From contig MU271336.1 in assembly GCA_021432655.1 (NCBI GenBank), positions 62,001-87,187 of the forward strand: a stretch of DNA of 25,187 nt. The letters are read 5' to 3'. This stretch comes from Atractiella rhizophila (lineage: Eukaryota). The translations under genes and the position numbers were made by a program. The notes under the pieces are model-generated. The model did no database searches and was not told the origin of the DNA. It saw only the letters and a program-made list of their open reading frames with translations. Below are positions 22,771 to 25,187 of the stretch, piece after piece. Every line of letters begins with the position of its first letter. Position 1 is the first letter of the stretch.

Positions 22771-24618
22771 ATGAGCAAAAATTTGAGGAAAAATCGCCGT
22801 AATGCGGTTGAGGAGGCAAGAGAGGCCGCTCGAAACTACAACGTCCTAGAACAACATCCAGCTACAATACAGCCTGCCCCATTCTCTTCAGAGCAAATTC
22901 ATCAAATTCATGTGGACCTAGCTATAGAAGTTCGGCCAGTGTATGACTTCTGCCAGCTCCTTCGTGTTGATTATACTCCGAACCGATTCCTCGAGCTTCC
23001 CCATTATCTTAATCTTATAAACGAAGCAATCCAACAATATTCATCACTGAAGGAACAACTACCGCATGACTCTATATTCATACCAAACCTTTTACGCCTT
23101 AATGAGCTTCAAGACCAGCTGGCACTTCTTGAGACGGGTGTGCATAGATTAGGCCCAAAGAAGTGTACATGGGTTATGGGAGAGAATGGACGAAAGGTGC
23201 TTGACATTGATCAAGATACAGTGGAATTCTATCTGAAGGAAGCTTGGGATGATGAGTGAAGAGATTGCGACTGAGCTTGGTGTCTCTGAAAAAACTATCG
23301 ATTGCCGGCGCAAGGAATGGGGATTGACACAAGACATTCTTAAGAATCCTGTCAGCGAAGACGTTCTCACCTATGTCATTTCAAAACTGTTATCCTCTGG
23401 CGATCGATACATTGGACTTCGAGGTATTATTGGAGCCCTCAACAGTATGAAGGTCCCTTTTCGTCACCGAGTTCTACAAGCAGTTATGCGCCGCCTCAAT
23501 CCTGTCGGCGTGGCAGAGCGATGGGGTGCCACAATAGAGAGGAGAGTTTATTCAGTTCCTTTCCCTATGTCTCTATGGCACATTGATGGTAGGTTCCTTT
23601 TCCCTTTATTCTTCACATAAGCTGATATTCTAACAGGTTATGCAGCATTAATTAACTGGAAATTCATTGTTCATGGCAGAATTGACGGCAAAAGTCGCCT
23701 TATCGTTTACCTCAAGGTGGCCAACAACAATCGAGCTGAAACTGTCCTAAGCTCATTCTGGACAGCCTGTAGGACGTGGGGTATTCCAAGTCGATGTCGA
23801 GCAGATTTTGGAGGGGAGAATACATTAGTGAAGCTGTTTATGGAAGTTCTTAGAGGCACCGAGCGAGGTAACCACTTTTTGCTTCTTAACTATGGATGTT
23901 GAGTTATTGATTGTCCAGGTTCCATGCTTCTTGGATCATCAACACGTAATCAGCGGATTGAACGACTTTGGAGAGACATCTGGAACTGGGTGATTCGAGG
24001 TTATTATGTTCTTTTTACTTTTATGGAAGAAACAGGTGTCCTAAATCGTGAAAATCCCCTTCATCTTTGGGCACTACATTATGTCTTTCTCCCTCGGATT
24101 CAGTCATCATTGGATCATTGCGTACAAATGTGGAACAATCACCCCATGTCTAGAGAGGGGTAGCCGGACACCTTTACAAATTTATTATCGAGGTAGTCAT
24201 TCATCCTTCTTTCAATACATGGACTGACAACTTATCCTATCTCCCATTTATAGGCTTGCTACATGCCAAAAATGCCGGCTTTTCAATTAATCTCGAAGAT
24301 GAACAGATTGGGAGAAAGAATGATGATCTGCAACCTGATATTCAGACTGCGCGCCTTACAGACTTTGCAGAATACGGTATTGATTACGAGTTTTTGCAAC
24401 AGCGAGAGTGGAATGAAGAAGATCCTTACATTCACATTGGTCCGATCCCAGATTTCCTGACCACAGATGAATATACATGGCTAACTCATACTGTTCCGGT
24501 AGGAGGTAGAAGGGCTGATGATAGGATGGGGCTTGGCCCTTATTTGGAGGTGATCGAATGCCTTGACATTATACGTGAGCATCAAAGGAGCTCATCTCAA
24601 CTCATTAATCAATTGTAG
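22771..24618 (+). pseudogene. Integrase-core DDE transposase with HTH, 3 introns and two +1 frameshifts
   Basis: HTH EEIATELGVSEKTIDCRRKEWGL. Core RRVYSVPFPMSLWHIDG, HGRIDGKSR, NNNRAETV, PSRCRADFGGEN, GSSTRNQRIERLWRD, WNNHPM. Frameshifts near 23242 (EAWDDE* vs LGMMSEE) and in the G-run 24157-24160 (REG* vs SRTPLQIY). Confidence 0.85.
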
Positions 24619-24680
24619 CAATTTTCCGATACAGAATAAATAAATAATATCATTGCAGCTAATTGTTTAGTTATCACCAG

Positions 24681-25187
24681 TCAGAGTTCCTCCTCTTCAT
24701 ATGAGCCGTCTCGCAAGCGATCAAAGGCCCTGTGCGCTCTTCCTTCAAATGATGGGTACGCAATACGACCATAGGGGGTGCTGGCCTTTCTGATTTTGTC
24801 TGCCTCAGCATAGTCAACATCTTTATCAGCGGCAATGAGTTGAATAATTGTCTCAGTAACCAGTGCCTGTTCAAGTAGGAAAAACTGCTTGTCCATCACT
24901 TCTTTTGACCGTGTCCCTCCCCTTTCAACTATAAGCCAGTTGGTCAGATGGTCAGTAATAACTTCTTCTCCTCGTTTTCCATAACTGCAACAAGTCACAA
25001 TAAGCAAGCAGGAAAACTCGTAGAACGGCATCACGTACTATCCCGGTCCATCATCTCCATTAACCACATTGGCCAATTTGATACCTGTCTTCCTACCCTC
25101 AACGCTATTGTATTGATCCTCTGCATTGTCGAGAAGCCGAGAGGGTGTCTTTTTGAGCAAGATATTGTTGAGATGGGGTTTGAGCTC
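24681..25187 (-). CDS. C-terminal part of an RTC4-like domain protein, intron 25038-24985
   Basis: Spliced PGYYGKRGEEVI...FLLEQALVTETIIQLIAADKDVDYAEADKIRKASTPYG fits the RTC4 pattern GYYG.RG...VL.PE....LI..D.....A......S..YG. Confidence 0.7.

Larger units (their letters stand above)
22175..25187 (+). mobile_element. Left part of a DDE DNA transposon, IS3EU-like (integrase-core transposase); right end not seen in the window
   Basis: Candidate terminus TATGGCGTGG at 22175, phased subterminal repeats at 22204-22294, then an HTH + integrase-core gene. Superfamily assignment rests on recalled TAY..RTA termini and is an inference. Confidence 0.6.

Noticed and set aside
23230..23260. IS3-type programmed -1 frameshift between ORFs 22771 and 23249
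   Set aside because: The shift needed is +1, no slippery heptamer is visible, and a second +1 lesion at 24157-24160 points to decay or sequencing error.

Overview
Intron-dense eukaryotic DNA, most likely a basidiomycete fungus (many 45-65 nt introns and several microexons). Left: a partial Ser-rich hypothetical gene running into an N gap, then a decayed TpA-rich minus-strand gene relic abutting a truncated MFS first exon. Centre: a Bsc6/FucP-like MFS gene, a 3-dehydroshikimate dehydratase (qutC/qa-4 type) whose spliced form ends in -SKL (PTS1), and a divergently transcribed quinate permease (qutD/qa-y type). The permease lies in a 3,057-bp tandem duplication that also copied the dehydratase 5' end and the last exon of the neighbouring GH10 xylanase. 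Right: the intact GH10 xylanase, a fungal kinase-like gene, and the left part of a degenerate integrase-core DDE DNA transposon (IS3EU-like) with phased subterminal repeats and a convergent RTC4-domain gene. All gene models and counts were made by hand; no database search was run.
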